The translations under genes and the position numbers were made by a program. Positions 20,923-31,390 of a stretch of 64,000 nt of DNA are shown here, piece by piece (the first letter of the stretch is position 1; every line of letters starts with the position of its first letter). The DNA lies in NCBI GenBank assembly GCA_018394315.1, contig CP074575.1, positions 186,001-250,000 on the forward strand. The letters are read 5' to 3'. Below the pieces are notes generated by a model. It saw nothing but the letters and a program-made list of their open reading frames with translations, did not search any database and had not been told where the DNA came from. Source of the stretch: Mycoplasmatota bacterium (GTDB lineage: Bacteria > Bacillota_I > Bacilli_A > MAG-NZ).

Positions 20923-22006
20923 CTTCCTCTCTAAGTTTAAATACCTTAACTGCAAGTTTCTCAAAAACTAGTGAGAGTGCACTACAGTAAATAATTAATG
21001 CAGTAATAACATCAATTACCTCAGGAGCAAAATCATATAATTGCATATCCTGTCCACCAACTTTTAAGTAGCCAAAGAATAAGCCTGATAAGAATATACC
21101 AATAGGCTCAGTCAATCCTAGTAAAGCAACTGATATACCCATAAAACCTTCAGCAGGTAGAATGTCATGTACTTTTAAATACTTACCCGCATCAGTTAAG
21201 AATAATACCCCGCCTGCTAAACCTGCCAAAGCTCCAGCAATCATCATCGAATAGAGAATACTCTTCTTTTCATCAATACCTGCATATTTACTTGCATCTT
21301 TATTTAATCCCACAGCTTTAAGCTCAAAGCCAAAGACTGTTTTATTCAAAATAAAATAAATAATGAAGGTACAAACAATTGCAATTATAAACCCTCCTTG
21401 AATATTTGAATGAACGAATATTTTATCTAGACCAAACTTAGGTATGATTGCATTTCCATTAATTGGAAGTGATTCGTTTTTTAAATTATTGTAAATACTA
21501 TTTTTTACTAGATAGTTAACGAAGAATAGTGCTATATAATTCATCATTATTGTTGACACAACTTCATGTACACCTTTAAAAGCCTTCAGTATCCCCGGCA
21601 AAATCGCCCATAAACTACCAAAAACTCCAGCAGCAATTAATGCGAAAAACCACTGAGTAGGTCCCAACCAAGTAAACCTAACTCCTATAAATAATGCTAT
21701 GAATGCTCCCATCAACATTTGTCCGGTTGCACCAATGTTAAATAATCCTGTCTTGAATGCAAATCCAACTGATAATCCTGTTAAAATGATTGGAGTTGCA
21801 AAATAAATAACATTTCCTAGCGATGAAGTCCCTCTACTAAAACCGGACAATAACATTGTGAAAAAGGCTGGTAGTGCTTGTACAGGATTGGTAAATATCA
21901 AGATTACCAGTCCCGTTATTAATCCCGTCAGAATAGCAAGTAATGCAGAATACATCCTAACTAGGGATCTAGATCTTAGCCTTCGTGTAATCTTATTTTT
22001 GATCAT
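20915..22006 (-). CDS. Nucleoside ABC transporter permease (NupB/YufP-like)
   Basis: TGLSVGFAFKTGLFNIGATGQ, HEVVSTIMMNY, GFELKAVGLN. Confidence 0.9.
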   Translation of the reverse strand: MIKNKITRRLRSRSLVRMYSALLAILTGLITGLVILIFTNPVQALPAFFTMLLSGFSRGTSSLGNVIYFATPIILTGLSVGFAFKTGLFNIGATGQMLMGAFIALFIGVRFTWLGPTQWFFALIAAGVFGSLWAILPGILKAFKGVHEVVSTIMMNYIALFFVNYLVKNSIYNNLKNESLPINGNAIIPKFGLDKIFVHSNIQGGFIIAIVCTFIIYFILNKTVFGFELKAVGLNKDASKYAGIDEKKSILYSMMIAGALAGLAGGVLFLTDAGKYLKVHDILPAEGFMGISVALLGLTEPIGIFLSGLFFGYLKVGGQDMQLYDFAPEVIDVITALIIYCSALSLVFEKLAVKVFKLREEGE

Positions 22007-23528
22007 TACTCACACCTCGCTTTGAACCAGACATGAAAAGTCCAATTTCTTCATATGTTGTTTTATCGGGATTAAGATCTGCTACAATCTCACCTTCAAA
22101 CATTACCAATATTCTATCGCTAATGTTCATTACTTCGTCCAACTCTAATGATGAAATTAAGATAGATTTTCCCTTATCTCTTTCTTGAATAATTTTCTCA
22201 TGAATGTACTCGATAGCGCCTGCATCAAGGCCTCTTGTGGGTTGAACTGCAATCAATAAGTCTGGAGACCTAGCTATTTCTCTTGCTAAAATGGCCTTTT
22301 GTTGATTACCTCCTGACATGCTTCTAACAATCGACCTAGGACCTCGACCACTTCTAATATCAAATAATTCAATTAATTCCTCGGCGTTTTTGGTTATTTC
22401 ATCAAAATCGAGAACACCCTTTTTTTGATACTTAGTATTGAAGTATTCTTGTAATACTAAATTTTGCTCGAGACTATAATCAAGCACTAATCCATGCTTA
22501 TGCCTATCTTCAGGAATATGCGAGATTCCAGTCAATGTTCTATTTCTTACTTTCATATTGCTAATATCAGTTCCAGATACAAAAATATTACCGGTTGCAC
22601 CTTGGATAAGACCAGTAATGGAATAAATCAACTCTGATTGACCATTTCCGTCTATCCCAGCTATAGTTACTACTTCTCCTGCTCTAACCTCGAAATTTAC
22701 ATTTTTTAAGATATTCTTTGAAGAAGTTGCCGATTTCAAATTTAAATTATCAACTTTCAATACTATATCACCAATGTTTGGTAAACCCTTCTTAACCTTA
22801 AAGTTTACCTCGCGACCTACCATCATTTTTGATAACTCGTCTTTATTCGTTTTATTTATATCAACAGTTCCTATAGACTTTCCTGTTTTTAAAACAGTAC
22901 ATCTATCTGCAACACTCATTATTTCATCTAACTTATGCGTGATTAAGATAACTGATTTCCCTTCTTTAGTAAACTTCTCAATAATTAACATCAAATCATT
23001 AATTTGTTGAGGAGTTAAAACCGCAGTTGGTTCATCAAAAATTAGAATATCAGCGTCTCGATATAACATTTTCAATATTTCTACTCTTTGTTGCATTCCT
23101 ACAGTTATATCCGAAATTACTGCATCTGGATCAACATTTAGATTATACTTCTCACTTAAATCAACAATTCTCTTTCTAGAAGCAGAAAGATCCACCACAC
23201 CATTCTTTACCTCTTCAATACCTAGAATTATGTTCTCTGTAACTGTAAAGTTTTTTACTAATTTAAAATGTTGGTGTACCATTCCTATACCTAACTGATT
23301 TGCGTGATTGGGTCCTTTAATCTTGACCACTTCTCCATTTAATAGAATATCGCCAAAATCTGGTTTATAAATTCCGAACAAAATATTCATTAGTGTAGAC
23401 TTGCCCGCACCATTTTCTCCTAGAATAGCATGAACTTCGCTTTTGCGAAGTTCAAATGAAATATTATCATTAGCTTTTATTCCAGGAAAGGATTTTGTGA
23501 TATTTTGCATTTTTAAAACACTGTGCAT
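21993..23528 (-). CDS. Nucleoside ABC transporter ATP-binding protein (CUT2, NupA-like)
   Basis: GENGAGKST, GIGMVHQHF, IPEDRHKHGL, SGGNQQK, QPTRGLD. Confidence 0.92.
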   Translation of the reverse strand: MHSVLKMQNITKSFPGIKANDNISFELRKSEVHAILGENGAGKSTLMNILFGIYKPDFGDILLNGEVVKIKGPNHANQLGIGMVHQHFKLVKNFTVTENIILGIEEVKNGVVDLSASRKRIVDLSEKYNLNVDPDAVISDITVGMQQRVEILKMLYRDADILIFDEPTAVLTPQQINDLMLIIEKFTKEGKSVILITHKLDEIMSVADRCTVLKTGKSIGTVDINKTNKDELSKMMVGREVNFKVKKGLPNIGDIVLKVDNLNLKSATSSKNILKNVNFEVRAGEVVTIAGIDGNGQSELIYSITGLIQGATGNIFVSGTDISNMKVRNRTLTGISHIPEDRHKHGLVLDYSLEQNLVLQEYFNTKYQKKGVLDFDEITKNAEELIELFDIRSGRGPRSIVRSMSGGNQQKAILAREIARSPDLLIAVQPTRGLDAGAIEYIHEKIIQERDKGKSILISSLELDEVMNISDRILVMFEGEIVADLNPDKTTYEEIGLFMSGSKRGVSNDQK

Positions 23529-23557
23529 AATATTATCTCCTTAACTTGAAAAGCTTT

Positions 23558-24613
23558 CTATTCTACTACTGTTACAGTTGTTCTTTCTAAATCTAAGTCT
23601 GCAGGAATTGCAACTTCATGGCTCTTCGTTACAACGACTTCGCCAGAGATTATTTTACTTAACACAGCTTCATATTCAGCTTTTGTAAAGTTAGAAAATC
23701 TAGAAAAGTCGTTTGGCATTGCCACTCCACCTTCAGCAGCTGTAAGATTTACAATTTGTCCGCCTCTGAAATCACCGGCATAAAACTCTTTTATTGCTGA
23801 ATAAACAGAATCACTTAATTGTTTTAAAGATGAAGTAAGAATTACTTCTGACAAATCCTTTTGGTCAACGTTACAACCAATTACTGTTTTACCAGGAGAC
23901 TCTTCAGCTGCACTGATTGCACTGTTTACTGCACCACCAGCTGCGACAAATATTGTTTCGACTCCACCAGCATACCAAGAAGCTGCCAAAGTTTTATTTT
24001 CAGGTTTAGCATCAAATGTTCCTAAATATTTGTACTTAACAGATACGTCAACATCATCTTCTCTAGCTGCATATTCTGCTCCTTCTAAGTAACCTACACC
24101 GAATCTAACTACTGCAGGAACACTAATACCACCAAAGAAACCTAAATCATGGCTTCCCTCTTTAACTGCAGCATAACCAACCAAGAATCCCGCTTGTTCT
24201 TCTGCATAATAGATTGACATTACATTATCATCAATTCTAAATTCTGACCAATCTGCATTATGTGGATCGGCATCAAGTAGAATAATTTTAACATCCGGAA
24301 ATTCACTTTGAGCATCAAACACAGGTTCACCGAAACTAAATCCAGGACACACTACTACTTTTGCTCCACCTTTCACAGCAATTCTGATTGCATCAAGTCT
24401 TGCTTTTGCAGAATCTTCTGCAGGTCTATAATACTTGTAAGATACATTGAATTCTTCAGCGTATTGCTCTATACCTTCCCATGCACCTTGGTTAAATGAC
24501 TTATCATCAACTGGACCAAAATCAGTGACTAAAGCCAATTCGTAACTAGATCCACAACCTGTTACTAATAGTACTACTAATACGAGTGTAAATAAACTAA
24601 ATATTTTCTTCAT
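23558..24613 (-). CDS. BMP-family nucleoside-binding lipoprotein
   Basis: Lipobox VTGC; DDKSFNQGAWEG, EEQAGFLVG, FVAAGG. Confidence 0.92.
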   Translation of the reverse strand: MKKIFSLFTLVLVVLLVTGCGSSYELALVTDFGPVDDKSFNQGAWEGIEQYAEEFNVSYKYYRPAEDSAKARLDAIRIAVKGGAKVVVCPGFSFGEPVFDAQSEFPDVKIILLDADPHNADWSEFRIDDNVMSIYYAEEQAGFLVGYAAVKEGSHDLGFFGGISVPAVVRFGVGYLEGAEYAAREDDVDVSVKYKYLGTFDAKPENKTLAASWYAGGVETIFVAAGGAVNSAISAAEESPGKTVIGCNVDQKDLSEVILTSSLKQLSDSVYSAIKEFYAGDFRGGQIVNLTAAEGGVAMPNDFSRFSNFTKAEYEAVLSKIISGEVVVTKSHEVAIPADLDLERTTVTVVE

Positions 24614-24630
24614 AATGCCCTCCTTTAAAT

Positions 24631-24708
24631 GTGGTTAAACAAGTTAATTAACTTGTCCAACAATTATACTGATACTACCACATTTGGATAATTGTGTCAA
24701 CGCTTTCT
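24631..24708 (-). promoter_or_regulatory. Promoter, operator and cre-like site of the nucleoside operon
   Basis: Minus strand TTGACA(24700-24695)-17-TAGTAT with extended TG; perfect palindrome ACAAGTTAATTAACTTGT (24639-24656); cre-like TGTCAACGCTTTCT overlapping the -35. Confidence 0.65.
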
Positions 24709-24825
24709 TAGAGTTCATAATCCTAGTAACATCTTGTATGATTACTTAAAAAATAAAAAAAGTAAAGCTGAAATTAGCCATACTCTTTTGATAATTATAC
24801 CTAAATTACCTGACAAATACTCTTA

Positions 24826-26181
24826 TTAACGTATACTTATAAATGCATCAAATTTCTTATTTGCTTTATTAACAATGCTTTTCTCGTTTATAGTTAAAAT
24901 TTCACCTTTCTCCACTACAACCTTACCGTTAATTATTGTATAGTCAACTGGATGATTTACTCCAACAGTAGTTAATAGAGCTACAGGATCTTTTCCTGTT
25001 CCCACATATTGAATTCTATTTGTGTCAATCATAAACATATCTGCAGCTTTGCCAACCTCTATAGAACCTATGTCATTACGACCTAGAATCTTTGCACCAC
25101 CCTCGGTAGCAATCCTCAACATTCTCATAGGGGTAATTGATTTGTTACTATACTTTAGTCTTTGCATCAAATATCCCGCTCTTAGTTCAGATAGTAAATT
25201 AGAACCATCATTTGACGCACTTCCATCTACTGCTAAACCAGTAGGAATATTAAGTTTGTCCATTTCACTTATCCTTGCAATACCACTGGATAACTTTTGA
25301 TTAGATACCGGACAATGCGCTACTCCTGTCTTAGTGTCAGACAATCTTTTCAATTCATCATCGTTAAAGTGAATTCCATGTGCAAACCATACATCCTCAC
25401 CAATCCACCCTAGAGTCTCCATATAGGCTAGTGGTCTTTTACCAGCAGTTTGCAAGCAATATTCTTCTTCATCTAAAGTTTCGCATAAATGAGTATGCAG
25501 TCTAACACCATAGCTTCGAGCGAGCTTTGCACTCTCAATCATTAAGTCATCACTCACACTAAATGGAGAGCAAGGAGCCAGTACTATTTGAGTCATGGAA
25601 TATCGGTCATTGTTATGATACTTTTTTATCAAACGCTCACTATCCGCAAGGATATCACTTACATTCTGCACAACCGACATGGGTGGTAATCCCCCATCAT
25701 CTATTCCTAAAGACATACTTCCTCTAGAAGCATGAAATCTCACGCCCAATTCAGAAGCTGCTTTAATCTGCGAATCTATAAAATTACACTCAACGTCACT
25801 TCTAAATACGTAGTGATGGTCAAAGACGGTGGTACATCCATACTTTACTAATTCTCCCAACCCGACAAGCGAACTCAAGTATATTACTTCCTCATCTAAG
25901 TTTTTCCAGAGTTCATATAAATGTCTCAACCAAGGGAATAGCTCCATGTTTTGTACCTCAGGTAAATTCCTAGTAAATGTTTGATACAAATGATGATGAG
26001 TATTTATTAATCCTGGATAAACATACATACTAGACGCATCAATAATTTTATCAGCGTCAAATATCTCATCTCCAATATAGACAATTACATTATCTTCAAT
26101 TAATATATTTTTGTTATAGAATACATCGTCATTATCATTTACTGTAACAATTGCTTTTGCATTTTTGATTAAAATTTTCAT
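24826..26181 (-). CDS. Amidohydrolase, 8-oxoguanine deaminase / AtzB-like purine deaminase
   Basis: PGLINTHHHLYQTFTR, FDHHY, RGSMSLG..GGLPP, LAPCSPFSVS, LHTHLCET, AHCPVSN, VDGSASND. Confidence 0.82.
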   Translation of the reverse strand: MKILIKNAKAIVTVNDNDDVFYNKNILIEDNVIVYIGDEIFDADKIIDASSMYVYPGLINTHHHLYQTFTRNLPEVQNMELFPWLRHLYELWKNLDEEVIYLSSLVGLGELVKYGCTTVFDHHYVFRSDVECNFIDSQIKAASELGVRFHASRGSMSLGIDDGGLPPMSVVQNVSDILADSERLIKKYHNNDRYSMTQIVLAPCSPFSVSDDLMIESAKLARSYGVRLHTHLCETLDEEEYCLQTAGKRPLAYMETLGWIGEDVWFAHGIHFNDDELKRLSDTKTGVAHCPVSNQKLSSGIARISEMDKLNIPTGLAVDGSASNDGSNLLSELRAGYLMQRLKYSNKSITPMRMLRIATEGGAKILGRNDIGSIEVGKAADMFMIDTNRIQYVGTGKDPVALLTTVGVNHPVDYTIINGKVVVEKGEILTINEKSIVNKANKKFDAFISIR

Positions 26182-27112
26182 TAAATTGTTTTCTCTCTTT
26201 CTTAGTAAACTTATTCAAGTAAAATTTCGTAAGTAAAAATCACATTTACTTTATGAATCATACTTTTTCTAGTGATATTTTCTGTATTTAAGAGTTCCTC
26301 TCGATCATTCTTTGTCAATGATAATAAATTTATTCTAGCATAGATTAACTCATAAGAGAAATATAAAGGAGGTCATTTGTCTTCTACTCATACTACATGT
26401 AAAATTGAAATATTGCATAGAAATGTAAAAATATTTATGGTAAATCCTCTCTATTTAACTTCCAAAAGAATTAAAAAATATCATATTTTCTTAATAATTC
26501 TCATTTTATATTATCACTTAACACTATTCATAATCATCAACGGTATCCGTGACACCAAACTGGTCTTCAACCTGTAAATACAAACATTTTTTTAGAAGCA
26601 GTTTATGACAATCTAACTTTAGTTAAGTTAGTAAAGTCGGGATAATTAATTGATTTACCAGATTGTATGATGGTAGGATCAAGGCCGCAAATGGCTATGA
26701 CTTTCTTAACATTACTATAGGCATTAACATCTTAATTATAACTGGTTATTATACGCTTTTTTTATTTCCACAAAAAAAGTTTGAAATAGAGAATCTCTCT
26801 CTTATCCCAAACTTAATTTTACAGCCTATTTAGATTAAGAGGCAAAATCCTCTTTTTTTATTAATCCAATTTAGTAGAGAAAGAGAACTAAACGGTATAT
26901 ATATCAATATTTTCCTTAACAAAATTCAATCATTGTACTAACATAAGTAAGTAATATTTTTCTTTAATTCTATCACTCTTCATTTGTATATTTAAAAAAC
27001 AACTCCTTATGAAGTTGTCTTCTTAATATTGGACGTGGTGAATCAAACTCAATTGATACAACTATTTGACAATTTTAATCTATTAACAGCATAACATCGA
27101 CTATGCTTAGTT

Positions 27113-29020
27113 TCACTCATCACTTAAGTTCATTATTATTTGGTCTTTAAATATAACTTTCTCACAAATAATAATTATTATCATCATAAAAATAAGAACT
27201 AATAGGGTTAATAACGGAACTAATATCAACAAGTTCATAGAATTAATAAGCCCTGAAATAGAATTTAAAAGTTTAAAATAATCAACTACAAAGTAAATAA
27301 ATAAAATGAACAACCCAAAGCCTAGAACAATTGATGAAGTACCTATTATCAAAAATTCTAATGCTAGAATTTTTGTCACATTTTTCTTACTATATCCAAA
27401 TGACCTATATAAACCTATTTCATATTTTCTTTCGAAAAATGCAGTCATCATCAATGATGTTAATACAATCAAAGATACCAAAATTATTATTGAAGAAATT
27501 GTTTTGAAAAGTTTTAAAAAACCATCAACTCTAGTATATTCAGTTTCTGAGCTAAGATTATATTCATCATATGGTAATACTCTAGCATCTCTCGTAATTT
27601 CTCTTCTAATTTGATCATCAACATCCCTAAATAGATTATCTTTATATAAATTTACTCCTACAGGTTTGAACTCTTCATCTATTAAATCAAAAAACTCATC
27701 AAGTACATATATTGAATGTTTAAAATCATGTATCTTTTTACCATCAATTAGGCCTACTACTTTTACTCTTGCATGGCTTGGATAGCATAAGATAATATTT
27801 CTACGGTAAATCATATTAAATACTTCTTCATCGCTAAAAACTCCTGCCTCATATTTCTGTAAGAGCCTTTCTCCACCAATGCTTAACTCATTCAAAAGAC
27901 GAATGACATGATCAGGAGTCACCAAGATTTCACTCCCATTTTCAGGATACCTTCCTTGTATAATAATATCCTTGAACCTCTCATTACCAGAAATGCTTTC
28001 AAACGATGTTGAACCAGTAGCGATTGATTGAAGATCATATGTTATTTCCACTTTAGAATCGTAAATGTATCCTGCATGTTCTACGTGATCTATCTCTTCT
28101 AAATCAGATAATAATTCATCACTATCTTCTTTAACATATAATATAAGATTATTTACACCTTTATCTATTACTCTTTCATGCATATATTGTTGGAAAACAT
28201 GGGTATCAAGTGCAATGGTTACTAAAGTAATTAACAAAATGAAAGATAATAACATCACATACTTTAGAGAATGCTTTAGTCTTCCTATAATATTTTTAAA
28301 AGCGAGCCATGCACTAAAAGATTCATAACTCTTTCTACTATAATCAACTTCTATGGTTGATTCCATTTTATTTTTAGAATCTAAACCTATCTTCCCATAC
28401 TTAAGATATATTATTCTATCACTATACTTAGTTGCAACCTCATTATTATGAGTAACAAACAGAACTAATCTTGATTTCGAAAGTTCTTTGATAATATCAG
28501 CTATCTTTTCACCTGTTTTTTCATCTAAATTTCCAAGAGGTTCATCACAAAGAAGTATTTTAACATCCTTTGCGATAGCTCTAGCAATCGCAACTCTTTG
28601 CTTTTGACCTCCAGATAAGTACTTTGGTAATTTATGAATGTGTTCCTTTAAACCAACATCCACCAGTATACTCTTAGCTCTTTTTCTTTTATTAACTACA
28701 TCATCAGACATAACTATAAGTACATTGTCTAATACACTTAGATGTTCGATTAAATTATAATGTTGAAAGATAAATCCAATCTTATCTCTCCTAAAAGATG
28801 TAAGATCATTTATTTCATTACCCTCATACAGGATAGAACCACTACCTGGTTTATCAAGAGCTCCAAGTAAATTTAATAGTGTAGTCTTTCCACTACCGCT
28901 TGTTCCTAGTATCGAAACAAGCCCAGTACTATCTAACTCAAGGTTAAAGTGTTCTAATACCACTTGGTCATTACCCTCTCTAATCGGGTAACTTTTTTTA
29001 ATATCGACTAATTTTAGCAC
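27113..29020 (-). CDS. MacB/FtsX-type ABC ATPase-permease fusion (copy 2, gene B)
   Basis: Full-length paralog of 5476-7383; GTG start chosen by alignment with copy 1. Confidence 0.9.
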   Translation of the reverse strand: MLKLVDIKKSYPIREGNDQVVLEHFNLELDSTGLVSILGTSGSGKTTLLNLLGALDKPGSGSILYEGNEINDLTSFRRDKIGFIFQHYNLIEHLSVLDNVLIVMSDDVVNKRKRAKSILVDVGLKEHIHKLPKYLSGGQKQRVAIARAIAKDVKILLCDEPLGNLDEKTGEKIADIIKELSKSRLVLFVTHNNEVATKYSDRIIYLKYGKIGLDSKNKMESTIEVDYSRKSYESFSAWLAFKNIIGRLKHSLKYVMLLSFILLITLVTIALDTHVFQQYMHERVIDKGVNNLILYVKEDSDELLSDLEEIDHVEHAGYIYDSKVEITYDLQSIATGSTSFESISGNERFKDIIIQGRYPENGSEILVTPDHVIRLLNELSIGGERLLQKYEAGVFSDEEVFNMIYRRNIILCYPSHARVKVVGLIDGKKIHDFKHSIYVLDEFFDLIDEEFKPVGVNLYKDNLFRDVDDQIRREITRDARVLPYDEYNLSSETEYTRVDGFLKLFKTISSIIILVSLIVLTSLMMTAFFERKYEIGLYRSFGYSKKNVTKILALEFLIIGTSSIVLGFGLFILFIYFVVDYFKLLNSISGLINSMNLLILVPLLTLLVLIFMMIIIIICEKVIFKDQIIMNLSDE

Positions 29021-29035
29021 TAAAACCAACCTCCT

Positions 29036-31126
29036 CTATCTAATGACTTTAATTATGTCAGTTTCTTTTAATATTTTATTTATTGGCGATAGCACAAAAT
29101 AAAGAATTATTAGAATTATACCAACTACAGCGACAGTATTTAATCTTAATAAGTTCGTAAACCCTAAATTTCCATTAGGATCAAGTACTTGTACAGCAGC
29201 TGGATTGATTATTAGTTTCAATATAAACCATACAATAATAGAAACTATTGCGATGGTGAAAGATATAATTAGTCCTTCTTTCATAAACATTCTTCTGACA
29301 TTTTTTGAGGTATAACCAAGGGATCTATAGACTCCTACATTCTTTCTATTCCTTATTACACTAGACTTTATACCATTGTAAATAACAATACCACCAAATC
29401 CAGCTAATAATAAACTTGCGCTGAAGATACCTACTCTATATCCATAAAATAGATTTTGGAGTTCTTCTCTTTCTTGACTAGGATAGTCTACTCCAGCTAC
29501 TATAACATTATTATCTAGAATCGATGCAAAAATCTCTCTTCTTATATCAAGGTTTTCTTCCTTTATGAATACAGCGTACTCTGAGAACTTGATATTTCTA
29601 TATTTGGTAAACCCAGTATTGTCTAAGTACTCTATAAAATCTTCTTCTAGAGTGTAAATGTTGTCATTTGTTGTTATTTTAACTAAGGGAGTAAAGTGTT
29701 CAAAAGATATACTACTATTTTCACCATAATTATAATCATTAAGAATGCCTACAATTTTGTAATCATTTTCAAGATTTATCCTATTTTCTGAAGGAGTATA
29801 ACCAAATGGTACTACCAAAGGTTTTTCCTCTCTTGTAAAATAAGTGATATCAAGTAAGGTAATCGTATCATATATTTCCTTGTCGGATAATTCCTTTATT
29901 TTATTTATACAATTTTCAATCTTATTAATATCATTTGTGTTACCACAATTATAGTAAAATATTAGATTTAAGGCATTACCTTTACTATAAAGCAACTCAT
30001 ATTTATTCTCAGGGAATCTACCATAAACTATATCTTCTTCAACACTGTTCCTAACACCTGAAGGTAGTGAGTTGATATTATTATCAATAAAAACAGGTCC
30101 TTCCTGAGTCTCAATTGAAGTACCAAGATTACTCTTTACCATATAGTCCATAATCATATCTCCGCTGTTCAACTTTTCTTGATCCACTATATAATCAAAA
30201 CCGGTGACACTCAGATTTATTTCTCGCCAGTGACTATAGTAAATATTAAAGACTAGTCTATCAACTTTATGTTCTCTAAGAATATGTTGATCTACTTCAT
30301 CTTTAATACCAGATACTATCCCTAGTCCTAGTAAGAAAATAGCTGACATTAAGATAATCAATATTGAAAAACTGATTAAACTCCTCTTTCTTGAAAGTAA
30401 ATTAATGAAAAATCTGCCTTTAAAACTTGTTTCCTTATCACTCTTATTTGGTGCTTCAATATTAATACTTTTAGTATTTAATTTTTTAGAGTATAACTTA
30501 CCCGCTTTAATATGTATAATTTCATCACAATATTTGTTAGCAAGGTCTTCATCATGAGTTATCAAAATCACTGTCTTGTTTGTAGAATTCTTAATAATTA
30601 ATTCCATTATCTCAGTAGTGAAGTTTTCATCTAAATTACCAGTTGGTTCATCACAAAGCAGTACCTCTGTATCTCTTCCTAACGCTCTAGCTATTGCGAC
30701 TCTCTGCTTTTCACCACCCGATAATTGGTTAGGAAATTTATAAGCGTGGTCTAAAAGACCAACACTATTTAATAGATCTAAAGCCCTCTCTTCTTTATTA
30801 GAAATATCATTTGTTAGCCCTAGAGTAATGTTCTGGACTAAATTAAGGTGACTAATTAAATTATAATCTTGAAATACAAAACTAATGTTTTCTCTTCTAT
30901 ATTTATCAAAATCTTCGATTTTTTCATTATCGAACAATAATTCTCCATCAAAATCAGTATCAAGTCCTCCAATTATATTTAGAAGTGTTGTTTTCCCGCT
31001 TCCACTTTGTCCTAAAACAGAAGTTTTACTCCCTTTACTAAAGATAAAAGAGGCGCAATCTAAAATTCTTTCTTCGCCTCCTGACTTAGTCTTATATACT
31101 TTTGTGACTTCCCTAATACTTATCAT
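29036..31126 (-). CDS. MacB/FtsX-type ABC ATPase-permease fusion (copy 2, gene A, intact)
   Basis: GQSGSGKTT, LSGGEKQRVAIARA, RKNVGVYRSLGY; intact paralog of 7399-9475. Confidence 0.9.
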   Translation of the reverse strand: MISIREVTKVYKTKSGGEERILDCASFIFSKGSKTSVLGQSGSGKTTLLNIIGGLDTDFDGELLFDNEKIEDFDKYRRENISFVFQDYNLISHLNLVQNITLGLTNDISNKEERALDLLNSVGLLDHAYKFPNQLSGGEKQRVAIARALGRDTEVLLCDEPTGNLDENFTTEIMELIIKNSTNKTVILITHDEDLANKYCDEIIHIKAGKLYSKKLNTKSINIEAPNKSDKETSFKGRFFINLLSRKRSLISFSILIILMSAIFLLGLGIVSGIKDEVDQHILREHKVDRLVFNIYYSHWREINLSVTGFDYIVDQEKLNSGDMIMDYMVKSNLGTSIETQEGPVFIDNNINSLPSGVRNSVEEDIVYGRFPENKYELLYSKGNALNLIFYYNCGNTNDINKIENCINKIKELSDKEIYDTITLLDITYFTREEKPLVVPFGYTPSENRINLENDYKIVGILNDYNYGENSSISFEHFTPLVKITTNDNIYTLEEDFIEYLDNTGFTKYRNIKFSEYAVFIKEENLDIRREIFASILDNNVIVAGVDYPSQEREELQNLFYGYRVGIFSASLLLAGFGGIVIYNGIKSSVIRNRKNVGVYRSLGYTSKNVRRMFMKEGLIISFTIAIVSIIVWFILKLIINPAAVQVLDPNGNLGFTNLLRLNTVAVVGIILIILYFVLSPINKILKETDIIKVIR

Positions 31127-31390
31127 ATTCTACCCTCCATAGTATAACACTTGTTATATTATCATATATACGAATAGAATTCAAATTTGATACTAGTATT
31201 TGAATAATAATTTTTTACACTAATTGCAAAGTGATCCTATAATAAACGGTAGTCGCTATAAAAATAGGATATTATAAAAATTTACTATGCTAATATCTAT
31301 GAAGTTATGGAAGCACAAAATTATTGCATTAAAAAAAGACTGAGCTTTCTGCCAAGTCTTCATAAATATAGATCACTTGTTTTGTATATT

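Noticed and set aside
26377..26577. 66-aa ORF with AAGGAGG RBS and TTG start
   Set aside because: No recognisable motif and the surrounding DNA looks like eroded fragments; cannot be supported as a gene
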